This document shows, piece by piece, positions 11,212 through 27,730 of a DNA stretch of 64,000 nucleotides. The notes beneath the pieces were generated by a model. It had not been told where the DNA came from and searched no databases. It was given only the letters and a program-made list of their open reading frames with translations. Source of the stretch: Marsupella aquatica (Eukaryota; Plantae; Marchantiophyta); assembly GCA_973895155.1 (NCBI GenBank), contig OZ316891.1, positions 13,361,037-13,425,036 on the forward strand, given 5' to 3'. Position 1 is the stretch's first letter, and each line of letters starts with the position of its first letter. The translations under genes and the position numbers were made by a program.

Positions 11212-11830
11212 AAAAATAAGAATACCAAAGTTGTATCCTGGCACCATTCTAATTGTGGACAATTTTAGTTCACGGCAATTGAGTGGAGGAGAGATGCAAA
11301 AGTATGACAGGTTCAAGTTTTTAAACCACTCAATTGCCAAATTTGATGTATTGATCAGTATTTGAGATGTTGATGTTGCAGATATCCATCACTTTGTAGT
11401 CTGCCAAATAATAGAGGTGCTAGCCACTTTAATTAGTGGTGCACTCCTCATGACCCTCATGAGAACTTAATTTGATGGGAAAGGCAGCCAATTAGGTCAA
11501 GCAAGAAACCTAAAACCTCGTCCAAATTTTCAAAGTAGTAAAATGTAAAAGAACAAGAATACTAAAAGTTGTATCTGGGCAACATTATAATTGTGTCCAA
11601 TTCTAATTGATGGCAATGGAGTGGAGGAGAGATGAAAAAGAGCCCTTTCCTGGGCCAATTTCTTAAACCACTCTCTTGCCAAATTTGATTTATAAGTATT
11701 TGAGATGTTGATATTGCATCCATCACTTTGTAGTTTGCCAAGTAATAGAGGTGCTGGCCACTTTAACTACTTGTGCACTCCTTATGACCTCATGAGAATT
11801 TTGACCAAAAATGACAGCCAATTAAGTCTT
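11212..11830. repeat. Diverged tandem duplication, two copies, ~335 bp period
   Basis: aagaatac.aaagttgtatc...gagtggaggagagatg...ttgccaaatttgat...agtatttgagatgttgat...atccatcactttgtagt...taatagaggtgct occurs from ~11215 and ~11550. Confidence 0.85.
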
Positions 11831-12079
11831 CTACAATATCAACATCCAGTCTCCCGTTTTGGTGCTTTTAGTTCTTTGGCACTGTGATGTACATATATGC
11901 AGTACATTACCATCCTTAACATTCAAGGACATGGAGGTGGATGGAAAGAACCCTAGTAAACCTAACCCACTGCACCAGCCACACACATACATCCTTGTTG
12001 ACTGGGGGGGGGGGGGGGGATTTGAACTTAGGATCTCTCAATTCCATGTTCACCCCCTACCACTCATCTAAACCAGCTG

Positions 12080-13480
12080 GTTCTCTCATTTTAGTGTTGG
12101 TGCACAATGTCACCCTCCCTTTTTTCCTGGGCAAATTGCCAATGTAAGATTTAGAGTGGTCATTTGAGTTTTCCCATCCATTAGCCAAATCCTAATCTAA
12201 ATAAGAGAGTTATACCGGATTGATGGTTGTCCTTAAATCTAGAGAAATCTAATGGCTCACTTTCATGTGTAACAAATTTTATGACAGAAAACATATCTCA
12301 TTGTGCTGTAGTATTGGTGCACAAGGTCACCCTCCATTTTTTCTAGGCAAAATTTCAAGGTAAGTTTTGAAGTGCTAATGTGGCTTGTCATAAGGTTTTG
12401 GCTAATAAGATGGAAAATTGATTTGTCCCTTTTATTTTTCCCTAAATTTTCCCTTTTATTAGCCAAAACCTTATGTAACTATGACAGGTAGTTGCCAAAT
12501 TTGACAGTTGTATTTAAATCTAGGGAAATCTCAGGGCTCCCATGCTGCACACATCACAAATGTTATGAGAGAAAATTGCTCTCTTTGTAGTGGCGGTGTG
12601 CAAGGTCACCCTCCATTGGTTTCCTAGTGAATTGCCAAGATAAGTTTTTGAGAGCTCGTGTGATATTTCCCTTCTAGTAACCTATACCCTATCTATCTAA
12701 GAAGGGCAGATTTGATGGCTATCCCTAATCTAGGGAACTCTAATGGCTCCCATGCTGCATATATCACAAATCTTTGCCTCTCTTTGGAGTGTTTGTGCAC
12801 GCAAGGTCACCCTCCATTTTTCCTAGGCGAGTTGTCAAGACAAGATGTCAATCCACAATATACATTTCCCTTCTATTAGCCTGATACCCTCATTTAACTA
12901 AGACGGGTGTCTTAGTTTGACTGTTTTTTTGAAACCTAGGGAAATCTAATGGCTCCCATGCATATAACACAAGTTTTATGACAGAACATTACTTTCATTG
13001 GCATGTTTGTGCACAAGGTCACCCTCCATTTTTCCTAGGCCAATTGCCAATTCAAGATGTGGAGTGCTTGTTTGATTTTTCAGTTCTATTAGCCAAGTAC
13101 CTTTATCTAACCAAGATGGGTAGTTGACAGATTTGACTGTCTTCCTTAAATGTAGGAAAATCTAAAGGAACCTGGCTTCTTATGACAGAAAATTACTATC
13201 CTTGTAGGGTAGTGTTGGGTCAAGAGGTCATCCTTCATTTTTTCCTAGGTGAATTGCCAAGAGAAGATGTTGGTGGTAGTTTGATTTTGCGCCCTCTCTT
13301 GCAGTTATGCCCTCAATTAGAGTCACCTTCTGGCGGCGCCTCTAGACACTAAGCCAAAGGAATAGCTTTTGATTGAGTTTTATTAGTTAACTAAGAGAAG
13401 AGTAATTGCCAGATTTGAAGGATTTCTTTAACTCTAGGGGAATCCAATGGCTCTCATGCATGCATACATCAGAAAAAAGT
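12080..13480. repeat. Degenerate satellite array, about 6 units of 200-280 bp
   Basis: Recurrent caaggtcaccctccatttttcctagg (~12106, 12322, 12601, 12802, 13014, 13221) and ctagggaaatctaatggctc (~12239, 12520, 12730, 12936, 13153, 13434). Confidence 0.85.
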
Positions 13481-14347
13481 TCCAACTTTTCCAAACTCTC
13501 AATAAAGCACAAAATGCAAAGCTACTTTCAAAGGCTATTGTTTAGAGTGAAACCTCTAGTAACTGTAAATAAGATTGAAATTGACAGTGACTCTAAATAA
13601 GAGCAAAATAGAAAACAAGAGTACATAAAAAATCAGGATGGAGGCAAACATGAAAGGCTTAGACATCTCGTTTTGTAAAGTTTGGTTGGGTCTTCATTTC
13701 TATCTACCGTAGGTAATCAGGCTAATGAGAAAAATAATGGGTGATGTCACCCCTGGTTTGAGAGCTTCGATCTCTCCTCTCGCTCAGTGTTTGGGAGCGT
13801 TTTGCTTTATGTAATCGTGTGCAACTACAATAGTAGGATGAAGCATTTTGTTGAAGCTTCGCGCAGCAATCCGAGCTTTTTCAATGAATTAACACTGTAT
13901 CGTTCAAGTCGTTCGCAGCCAGGTGGAAGCATTTCCTTGAGCTCCAGCAAAAGGAAATCTCAGGTCAATCTACTCACACTCTGTGTCGGTTCGTTAGCTA
14001 CAGACGCCATTAGGTTTAAGCATTTTGTCGGTATTCAGTACAGAAACCTTAGCTTTACAAATCTGTGCATTTTCAGTGATCTTTGAATTTGACGTACTGA
14101 AATTTCTGCAATGATGGCTCGTGCAGTTTACTTGAATGTCCGTGCGGCGATTCGGGCTCCCATTTATCATGCTTTGGCAAGCAATTGATTGGAGTTACGA
14201 ATCCCGCCTGGGTTTTTCCCCTGTCCCGTGCGATTTCTGCCTGAGGAGGGACGGACAACACTTTTGTTAGGGAGAGTCTTCACTTCGCTCGGGAACGAAG
14301 CTAGCGAATTCATATCTGGAGGTCTAGCAGACTCTGGAGCTGGCGCA

Positions 14348-17300
14348 ATGCACACTCTAGTAGCTGCACAGCAAGTCGCTGTGACGGCATCCACGTCTGT
14401 CTGTTGTTCCTCCTCCAACACAGCTGCATCTCTCCTCCGCCATGGCCTTCTTCCTTCTTCCCAGATTCGATGCGCTCTCTCCTCCTCCATCTCCAGTTGC
14501 AGGGTAAGCGTTTTGAGGACCGTACCTTCGCCCGCGAGTCTGTCTGCAATTTCATGTACAAAAGCATTCCTGGATAAGGGACTGCCCAGTCGGAGAAGTA
14601 GTTCCTCACTATTAAAGTCTGGAAATGGGTTGGCTGAAGACAGGGGACACGATAGATTAGCCAAGAGGAGATTAAGCTCGATTATATGCTTAGCGAGTAG
14701 GAAAGATCGGCGGGAGATGGCCGCTGGAGAAAAAGAATTTGAACCAGATATAGTGTCACTCAGGTCAGGATTCTCGAAGAAATTTCCCGGCGAGGATTCA
14801 TCTGCATTCGAGCACGATTGGGATGATTTGGATAAGGACGACGGAGTGGAAGTCAAGAGCTTCAAAGGCGGTAGAAATAATTACGGAAGAGCAGTTCAAT
14901 ATCCGATGACTCCTTCAAATGATACTCCTAGGGACAAGTCTATTAAGAATAATAATGTTAGGGTAAGAAACAAGCCAGACAATCTGTCGTCAAGACTGGG
15001 AGGGTTTCGTGAGGAGGTAACTGGGAATGACTTGAGAGATCCCCAAGGTCAAGGCATCGGTAGGCAATGGGCTGGACTTCGGGATTCTAGAAATCATAGA
15101 ACTGAAACTGGAGGAGTCGATGGATCATGGTCGGAGAGCGCTAGGAACAATAACACTCAAGGGGCTGAAAATGGCGGGCGATCAAGGATAGAGAGAGGAG
15201 AAATTGGTGGAAGTAGAACCTTCAGGGGCGCCGGAGAAACACGAGGAAATGACGATACTTCTAGAGTGTCCCGGGACCGGAACGGTGGGAGGATTGTACG
15301 TAATAATGGAGATGTGGGTGCAAGAAGGACAAGTAATGATAGCAGCAGGCCAGTGAGGAGGGGAAGAGACCCCTATGGTGGAGCGGAAGAATGGTCGAAA
15401 GATACCCCAATTTTTGAAGACGACGGGAAGAAGAAGAAAGAGGTGATCGAACCAGTGAATTTCACTTCTGCTTTGAGCAGAAGTCCCCATGTTGCTATCT
15501 TAGGAGGGGGGATGTCTGGGCTAGTATGTGCTCTCACACTCGAAGAGCATGGCATTCAATCAACTGTCTTCGATACAGTAAGTCCCCTCGTACCTTTTCT
15601 ACGATATAAAATTTCGATCGAAATTTAGTGGAAAGTCCATTGTGTAGTAGATACCAACCAGATATATTAGTTGTAACTCTTGCCAGAGTAGTGAGAATCT
15701 TTCCGTCGATAGAAAGAAATTTGGACTTGCTGGTCATCCAGGTGAATGTGATGCGTCCCAGCTTCTAATGAAGGACTTCTGGAATATAGCACAGCCAGAA
15801 GTGGTCGTGGAATTGTAACGAATACCATCTAACTATTCCAGAATTTGAAATGGACAAGTGTAGTCTCACCAGATTTTTACTTTTGATTCAGGGAAAGCAT
15901 GGTCTTGGAGGGAGAATGGCTACCCGATATGTGGACAAGCATGATGAGGCGGAATTGGTTTTTGATCATGCTGCCCAATTTTTCACTGCTACAGATCCAC
16001 GTTTCCAGACTCTTGTTGATCGTTGGATGTCAGAAGGATTTGTGAAAAAGTGGAACGGAAATGTTGGGACTCTACAAGCTGGCGGTCAATACTCTGAGTT
16101 ACCTCTCGCAACAAGGTATATAGGCACAAACGGAATGCGCTCTCTGGCAGACTCTATGATTTCTCAGGTGAGTCTTGAGGGGGACACTAGATCAGTTTGC
16201 TTTCGTAGACAGATAAAAACTTAGTTTATGAGCGTTCTTTAATGGTGCTTTTGAAATCTCGTCATTTTACCAAAGCTTGGTGCTTTGCCTGTCGTCGCAG
16301 TCTCGGTTAATTGATGTCAAAAGACCCTGCTGGATAAGTCGGATGGATGCAATGGATGGGCGCTGGACACTGACCGAGAACAGAAATTCCCAAGGGGAGT
16401 TTGACGTAGTAGTGATTGCACATAATGGTATATCTTGATAAGATCTTGGAAATTCGTTCCTCACTGATTATCTCCCGTTATTGTCTGAAGTACTTTGAGG
16501 TGTGTTACGTGGGCGACATTTTAAATTTTGGAGTACTTTTGCCGGAAATTCCACAAGAAGATGCGGAGGCATTTCAGTATTTCCATAATGAGTGTCCTTA
16601 AGACAATTGCTGACGATGAAAGCTGTTGGATCTGCAGGGAAGTGTGCAAATCGACTCCTCTCTACTGCGCATGTACCCCTAGTTGCCCGGCAAATGAAAG
16701 TAAGGAAACATCACGCGATGCCTCGAAATTGTCGAACTGGCGTGCCATGTTTGCATTTCTTGTAGGTATCTATTTGCGATACTCCGATGTGCTAGACCCG
16801 ATGCAGATTTCGAAAGCCCATGCGCTGCTTCAAAACTGGATATAGTAGTTTATGAACTTGTGGGGTTGTTGACCACGAGGTGGTACTGTAGCCGTCGGTA
16901 CTGTAGCCGTCATTAAGTTTCTTGTTCTCTAGAATTGCCAACCTCTTTGATTGGCTACTCTTGCAGAGACTTGAGCTCAGCTCTATTTGGGCTCTGCTTG
17001 CTGCCTTCAAGGAGCCGCTTCGTTTGCCAGGAGGTAAAATTCTGGACGGAGCGTTCGTGGATGGAGTGGATTCTTTGTCGTGGATGGGAAACAATTCAAG
17101 TAAGCTGGTCCTTCCAGATGACAAGTCTCCTCAGTGCTGGACTTTCTTTAGCACCGCTGCCTACGGCAAGAGAAACAAAGTTCCTCAGGTATAGTGCCAC
17201 AATTACTGTTGCCACCTTTTTCTTATGTTTTCTTGCCATCGTGCACATTTTCAGATCTCTAAACATGGAAAGCCATAGTACTGGGCATTTATTTTTGAAA

Positions 17301-18364
17301 AGATTTTTAACGGTCTTGGATTTTATTCAGGAAAGCGTCCCTGCGGTAAAAGCACAGAAGGTGACGAATGATATGCTTCGTGGGGTTGAAGGTGCCCTTG
17401 GACTCTCAGAAGGCTCCCTACCAAAGCCAATCTATACCCGTCTTCAGCTATGGTAGGTTCTTCTTTCGAAAGAATTATCTGAAATATCTAACCCAGCTCG
17501 CACGTGAATTCCGTAATTGTGTCCATTCTATTTGAAAGATATCTAATAGTTGCTAAGATCTTTCCTATTACAGTGTCCTTGTCATGGGATCGAACCTGCA
17601 AAATCAATTCTTGAAACAGCGGTCGATCACCTGAAAAATTATCTAACGTTCTTGTACTTGCTTGATACAGGGGAGCAGGTTTGCCAACGAATACACCAGA
17701 CGTGCCATGTATTTTTGATGCACAGGGAAGGGTGGGAATTTGTGGAGATTGGCTCTTGGGTTCAAGTCTAGAAGCAGCAGCCTTGAGTGGAATGGCGTTA
17801 GCTGACCATGTGGGTACATCCGAATCCTACCTGTCCATGTAGTAGCAGTCATCCTGATGAGATTGTAGTGATCAGTTTCAAAAACTTTAGTCTCTGTCCT
17901 CATTCTACTCAAGAAGCAATACTTTGAATATAGGTGTCTTGAGTGCTGCATGCTTTACCCTCGTAGAGTTCAGCTGACGGTCTCTCGTTTTGTTCCATAT
18001 CATCATCCCATTGTTCTCCCTTTCTTGCAAGGGATAGGAGAGAGCTCATCGATGTTTCCTTTGGAAAGTGTCACTGGAGCCCATGACGTCCACTGTCACT
18101 GCACTGTACTTCTATCCCACTGCGGGTTCGCCAGCTTGCATAGTTGGGCTATTGAAAAGGCCCAGGAAATACCGAGGAACTAATAATAGGCTCTGTTGTT
18201 ATATGCAGATCGCAAGGTATCGAAACTCCGGAGATCAGGATGGGGAGGATTTCAATATTGGATTGCAAAAGAGCTTCAGCTTTGTGAACGGGAGTGATAT
18301 TGGGCAATTCCCTGGAACTGAGGAATCGCCAAAACAGTCTCGAGAAGTTCTTGCTGTCGCTTGA
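14348..18364 (+). CDS. FAD/NAD(P)-binding oxidoreductase, renalase-like (At3g04650-like), probably plastid-targeted; 8 exons, ~777 aa
   Basis: Exons 14348-15577, 15892-16167, 16301-16427, 16638-16699, 16967-17188, 17331-17452, 17671-17809, 18209-18364; all GT-AG and in frame. Motifs VAILGGGMSGLVCA (GxGxxG), GLGGRMATR, FDHAAQFFT and GICGDWLLG. The Ser/Arg-rich N-terminus resembles a transit peptide. Confidence 0.92.
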
Positions 18365-19404
18365 AATCATCCCCTTGTTTACCAATGATGGGTACCAACT
18401 CATGGATCCATTTTGATGGCTTTCAATAGAACCAACCAAATTCAAGTTCCTTTCAAAGATGACAGCTTTTTCCTCGTCTGACCATGGTAATGCACTAGGC
18501 GTCCCCCACTTGCCACCCTGTATAGACCGAGTGACAATGTGAAAGTTTGTAAGTGGCCTCTGCTTTTTGTTTTTTTCGAGTAGTTGTTGTTGTTGTGTGT
18601 GGTTGGGGCCTGCGCTTGGGTTTCCAGAACCGGTAACAAGGGGAGCTAGAGTTCAAATCTTTTGTTCCGAAATGGGTGACAAGCTTCATTCGAGGGAACT
18701 GGTATCGGGGAACGAGATACTTGTGACAGACTGCCCTCCAAGAGCGGTTGTTGCTTTTGATCATCACGACGTGTTCTGTACTCATCGACCTAAGGCTTTA
18801 AATGATGATCGACTATGGATGCTTGGTCAGATTCGAAGTACAACTTGTATCTCTTTGAGCAATATTTTAGCACCGGAATCCCAATCTCGGCCATCCAGGC
18901 TGGGAGTTTTAGTCCAGTAGTGATATTTGGGGAGGCGATGAGAATCAATCCAACCTCTGATCCCCCTTCCACTACCGATATGGTCCCCGAGAAGGTGAGT
19001 GGGTTTACCATTATCAGTTGTCACTGGTTTCCACGACCTTCACTCAAGGCATCCTTGGAATCTTATGATGGACTAATCTTATGATGGACTATCTCATTGG
19101 TCTCCCTCAACAAGGAGGTCGAAGCCTATCCCTCATTATTATCTTGGGTGGCATGGCGTGCATGACCCTCTTTTCCTCAGGAGATATGCCTGAGGAGTAG
19201 GTAACTTACACTGTCATCAAAGTGATAGTGAGTTTTCGGTCACTTTGGTTTGAGTTTTTTTATCATAATAGCGAAGGGGTGAAATAGTTAAATTAATTTT
19301 CACTGTAAATGAAATTATTGGGCTTGTGTGTTTCTCTTCCTCTAGTGTGTGTTGCTCCTCCTCTAGTTTGCCTTGCTATGTTATCAAGTTATGTGATCCA
19401 AATT

Positions 19405-19540
19405 CCCATGGACTTCCAAAATGTGGTCCATGGAGCTAGTGTCCGACATTGCATTGATCCAGTAGTCATGGGGGACCCAAACACCCATGGACTTCCAAAA
19501 TGTGGTCCATGGAAGTAGTGTCCAACATTGGTGATCCATC
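19405..19540. repeat. Short direct repeat, two copies, ~80 bp period
   Basis: cccatggacttccaaaatgtggtccatgga at ~19405 and ~19484. Confidence 0.85.
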
Positions 19541-19944
19541 CTTTCATGGAACATTTCCTTGTGAGAAAATTTTCAATAATTTACGTTCGGCCCACATTAT
19601 GAGAATATGTTCGCATGAAGAAATAACTCAAAAGTCTGCTGATGGATTGACATACTTGTTATGGACAATCAGTTTCCACCTTTACGAGCAGAATGATAGC
19701 CCACAATGCCATGAATAGCATGCTTACCATACGCGTTCTAGAACTCCAATTAGTACTAGGAGGAAAACCCTTCCTTGATAATCAATAACAATCATTGAAG
19801 TGGGAGTCTCATCTTTGAAATCAAGTAGTTTTTCATAAAATGTCAAAGAAAACATCAGATCAACGCTTCCTAGACAATATTTTTCAACATATGTAGGCAA
19901 GTTTGCATAATTGTTAACAAATACTATGACAACTAACCCATGCA

Positions 19945-20200
19945 TGCACAAAAGATGTAAGGCTAGACCAACAATGCAGGTGAGACAAGGGCACAAAAGA
20001 TGATAAGGCGAGACAAAAACGAGAGCATAAAAGAAACGAGACCAAAAATGCAGGTGAGACAAGGACACAAACGATGTCAAGGCGAGAGGTAAAAAATGCA
20101 GGTGAGACGAGCACAAAAGATGTCAAGGCCAGACAATAAACAAAAAATGCAGATAGATGTCAAGGCGAGACCAAAAAAATGCACGTGAGACCAAGGGAAT
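19945..20200. repeat. Minisatellite, ~45 bp unit
   Basis: Repeated aaaatgcaggtgagacaag...cacaaaagatgtcaaggcgagac. Confidence 0.8.
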
Positions 20201-21602
20201 TAAAGCCATTAAAGCCAACACGGGAATTGTTGAGGCATCTTGCACATCATTAAAGCCAAAAAAAAAAACAGGTAAGACAAGGGAATTGTTGAGACATCTT
20301 ACACACCATTAAAGCCATACGATGTTGTCATTGTGGAAATGTTCAGGGTTTAGTGCAGGATGAGTGACAGGTAAGGAAGGTTTCGGCCAATCCAATAGTC
20401 ATAAAAATACTCAGGGTCGAGTCCTGCTAAAGACTCATTTCCTAAAACAGACCACATGGAATGTGCGGTTCAGAATGATATATAAAACGGAAAAATGACT
20501 TCCACCAGGTGGTGACCAAAGCTCAAGTATATGCATTGTTGCTGGCCATTCAAACACAGTGCCAACCGATTGAGAGTCCTTCCGAGAACAAAGAACGATT
20601 TGTAAATGAGATTCAGTAGCACACAGACGAGGGACGCAGAGGACTTGTAAGTGAGATCGTTTCGCTACTGTACAGACGAAGGACGCACAACTGATCGCAT
20701 ATACAGGTACCCTCTCATTTACCCTTCACTATAACAAAGAAAGAGCTGTTCTCCACTTCGTTCAGCGCAGAGAAATAATGGTCCACCTGCAAGTGCTAAA
20801 CGATTTGTTCTAACCCTATTTGTGTGTTCTTCAATGCAACTGCAGATGCCCTATTTGCCAGGTATCCACTGCCCTAGTCGCCAGGTATCGACTTCGTGTC
20901 TCATGTGTAAATCTTCAGAAGAGAGAACCCTGACATTTGCTCAGAATTCTCTGTCCCAGACCTGCACTTCGACCGAAAAAAGGGAAGGGCATAATATTTC
21001 TAGCAGGATGCGAAATTAGGGATGGGGAAGCTTCGAGGAGCAACAGGTGTAGTATATAGCTCTGTAGGTTACATTCTTTCGTGCGACTATCCCGCAAAGG
21101 ATCCTAACAGTGTGCAATAAGAGCCCAGCTTAGACTTCCTAACGAAAGCATCCCAATAATGTTTTACGCATGCAACTACTCACAACTACCTGCTCACAAG
21201 CCCAGAAGATGTGTGAGACTGCTGTAACCAGTAGCTGCCAATTATATCCATAACTGTATATCCACTTTTGGACTCAGAAGGTAAGGATGGAAGACAATGT
21301 CAGTGCAGTAGTACTACTATCAAGCTGGATGCCAATTGCCATCAACTGCAAGAGACGTCTTACTGATGCATACTCCTCGAAGAGATTGCAGATTACAAAA
21401 ACATCTCATTAGGCCTGGAGAAGTAACCCCCACCCCACCCCGGTACATCACATTTGAGGAACACGAGACTTCATCACGCTACCTTTCAGTCACTATCATT
21501 TCCATGGCAGCTATCGACAAGAGCTTTCGATCTAGAAGTGAGCTCCTTGGCAGAAAAAAATGTATCAAGGGTTAAATATGGTACAAATAATGCCGGACGT
21601 GG

Positions 21603-24687
<3,085 letters not shown>

Positions 24688-26457
24688 TCAGAAAAGTGAG
24701 CTACTGCCTCGGAGACCAGTCGAGGCCGGAGAAGCAAGCGCGGCCAATTCAGTCTTCCTCGATGCACGCTGATGATGGATCACAAAGAGACGCTACGCCG
24801 AGCCTTGCCCGACAGTAGAGAGGCGCGTTGGAGCAGCGTATACGCTAGGAGATGCGGCGATGGGCACTGCGAAAATAGGACAAGACCAAAGGTGTCATCA
24901 AGAGTTTCACCAACAAGAAACACGCCCCGAGTGTCATCAAGAACAATCGACACTAGTACAACAGCAATCCAGACGGATTAAAAGGGATTCAAGCAGTGGA
25001 AATGTCTCACTCACTTGCATACTCACCAGCAAGAAAGCACTGGACATCCGACAAAGACGGAAACGAGTAGCAAAATGAGACTACACGGACAAGACTAATG
25101 CGCCGCTCAAACTCTTTCACGGACTAATCCCAGGAAACAAAAGCCGAAGCAAGTAGTGAAACGGACCTGCCTGATGATTCTGCTCGCTAGCGAAGCAAGA
25201 AAAGGCTAGACGCAGCGGTAAAAGCTCTGAAAACGCTCGGACAGACGCAGTTGTACAATGCCATCATTCTCTCGACAGCGCCCCTCCACTCCAAGCTTCC
25301 TCGTCCCGGTACAATACCGCTTGCCACAAACGAAGTCTCACTCCGCTCAATGGCCGCGAACAACTATTGTCTTTCTCCACTTCCTGCGAACAATGTATTC
25401 TCGCGCACACAGCGCTTTCGCATCGATGTTAAGGCTTCTCCCCAGTCAGCGCATTCTCGCTCCTCTCGGGGTGAGAAGAGCAGACACAGACGGCACTAAC
25501 AAAGAAGAAGCTGAGTTGCACAGAACTGCGCCGCGCCGCGCCAACAACTTCTATGGCTGTTGAATGTTTGATTGCCTTCACGGACTCCTAACAGCTGAAT
25601 CGAATCGTATCGTGGCGTTGCGTTGCGCTGCCGTTCCAGTTTCCTCCCTCACAGACAAACTTCCTCCCTCTCAGACAAACTTCCTCCTCCTCCCGTCCAC
25701 GACCGCGACCTCCTCCGTCGCTGGCTCGCCTCGCCTCGCCTCGACTCGACTCACCTCACTCACTTCACGGGCTGGCTGGCTGACTCGCTAAAGACTCATC
25801 GTCGTGTCCTCGAATCTCACTCGATGCATCGAAGCGGATGTTGTTTAGTATTGTGCTTGCGGCAGCAAATGATGAGCGAACACGATATCGCGGTGAGTGA
25901 TGGATTGGAGATTTGGAGCGGTCTCGAAGTGCGATGATTGTCGAGCGCTCTCCCTCTCTCCCTCTCTACCTCAGAGTCTCTCTTCTCCGCTCTTGGCGGG
26001 CTATCGAGAGCTGGAGACCGAGCTGAGAGTAAGGTGATGAGGAGGGGCCGAGAGGTGTTTCGGGGGCCGCAATGGAATATGGCGGGAGATGCTGAACTGA
26101 CAACGACCCTCACTTACACTCTACTTACCTTCGTTTACTAGTTACACTACTACTACTCCCTTGACTCCGTCCGTTGTCCGTCCGTCTGTTGTCCGTCTGT
26201 TGTCCGTCCGTCCGAAGCTCTGCCTTCAGGCCGTCACGGTCATTCCTCCGGGCTCTGTTTCCAATACAATAATAATGTACTTTCCGGCCCCACTCCTTAA
26301 GGATGCTTTGCTGTATTATTATTTATTAATTTGGCAAATTCTGCCATTGCTCTGCTATTGTACGGTGACCTATGCTTACCTTCTACAGTAGTGAAATACA
26401 ATCTACTGTGCATAAGTGCACAGTGTATGAATGCATGGGGGAGGTGGGGGCTGGCCA

Positions 26458-26482
26458 GGGGGGGGGGGGGGGGGGGGGGGGG
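26458..26482 (+). repeat. Poly-G tract (25 G)
   Basis: Homopolymer seen directly; similar G/C tracts at ~7155, ~12004 and ~63618. Confidence 0.9.
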
Positions 26483-27390
26483 TAATTGCAGGCCAATCTT
26501 GTATTCCCGTAAAAACAGGGCTTTCCTTTGTAAATGCACCCAGAAATGCACTGTCTGTAGGTGTCTGTAGGTGCAGCTTGACATCACCAAAACACTAGCA
26601 CAATAAAATTCATATGCTATTTGGGTTAGTCTTTGTCACTAAAACATAAATAGATAAGTGCATTTTAGTTTATAAGAGTGTACATGCAAGTGCAGGTTGA
26701 CATGAGTAAAAGATCTCAATACACAAGGGCATTTTAGTTTACAGCAGTGTACATGCATTTTTCAGTCATTGCAATGCAAACATTAGAAATACTTACACAT
26801 AAGTGTAGCATTGTGTATCTGCAACATACAATCCACCACGCATAAGTGGATTCCCTATGTTAGTGCAGGTCTATCACGCAGTACCCTAACATTACTGCTT
26901 TGGCTTTGTGAATTCACCCAAAAATGCACACAACATCACTATATGACAGACAGATTGCAATGTTGTAGTGAATGTCTTGTCATGTATAGGATAATTAGTA
27001 GGAGGACCCTTGTAACCTTTCTTTAAAGAACTATTTAGAGCCATGAAGAGTTGCACATTGGAATAGATAGATGAGAGGACAAAGATTAAACGGAGAACTC
27101 TAAATGAAGTCAGTTTTACAGGTACCTAGGACAATTTCATTGAAAACAAATTGGAGTACATTTATAGTAATACCCAGGGTAATTCTCCATGCAAATCATT
27201 TCCCTTAATAGTACCTCTACGTCTATACAACACCTAGTACAATACATGTAACTTTCATTTAGTTCATGCAAAATATAACTTTGTCCATAGTAGCTTAAAG
27301 GTCTTAAAGTCCCTTGGTATTCCTCTCTGCCCATAGCACTTATGGGGTTTCTTACCTTTACTTGCCCAGTTTGGCCTTGACGTGCAAATG

Positions 27391-27730
27391 AAGGGTCTGG
27401 ACCCCCGTCTGGACCCCGTCATCCATCACACCCAGTCGTCTCGATCACCCGGTCCTGACCTCACCCCAACCCCAGCCCGACCCAACCCCGTCCCAACCCT
27501 GCTTGGTCGCCGACCCCATCCGACCCCGCTCGGTCCCCACCCAATCCCCACCCTGTCCCGACCCTGCCCTGACCCTGCCCTGACCCTACACCGCCCTGAC
27601 CCGGCCCCAACCCTGAACTAGGGGACCGGCTTGCTAAACCAGGGGAGTTCGGGGGAGCCCGGGACGAGGGCAAGAAGGGGTTCAGGAGAATTTGGGACCG
27701 GTCGGGGAATAAAGAGGACCTAGCCACCTA
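27391..27730. repeat. C-rich (ccgaccc/ccctg) repeats switching to G-rich repeats at ~27620; possible DNA-transposon subterminal remnant
   Basis: Abrupt strand-asymmetry flip with short CCGAC/GACCC motifs; no TIR or TSD confirmed. Confidence 0.45.

Noticed and set aside
14189-14347. TTG-initiated extension of the oxidoreductase
   Set aside because: Eukaryotic gene; the first in-frame ATG is at 14348 and gives a plausible transit peptide.
14167-14865. 232-aa antisense ORF over the oxidoreductase first exon
   Set aside because: No recognisable domain; antisense shadow of a long low-complexity exon.
12080-20200. Tandem arrays (12.1-13.5 kb, 19.9-20.2 kb) as CRISPR-like repeats
   Set aside because: Whole units are degenerate copies with no unique spacers, no cas genes, and a eukaryotic context.
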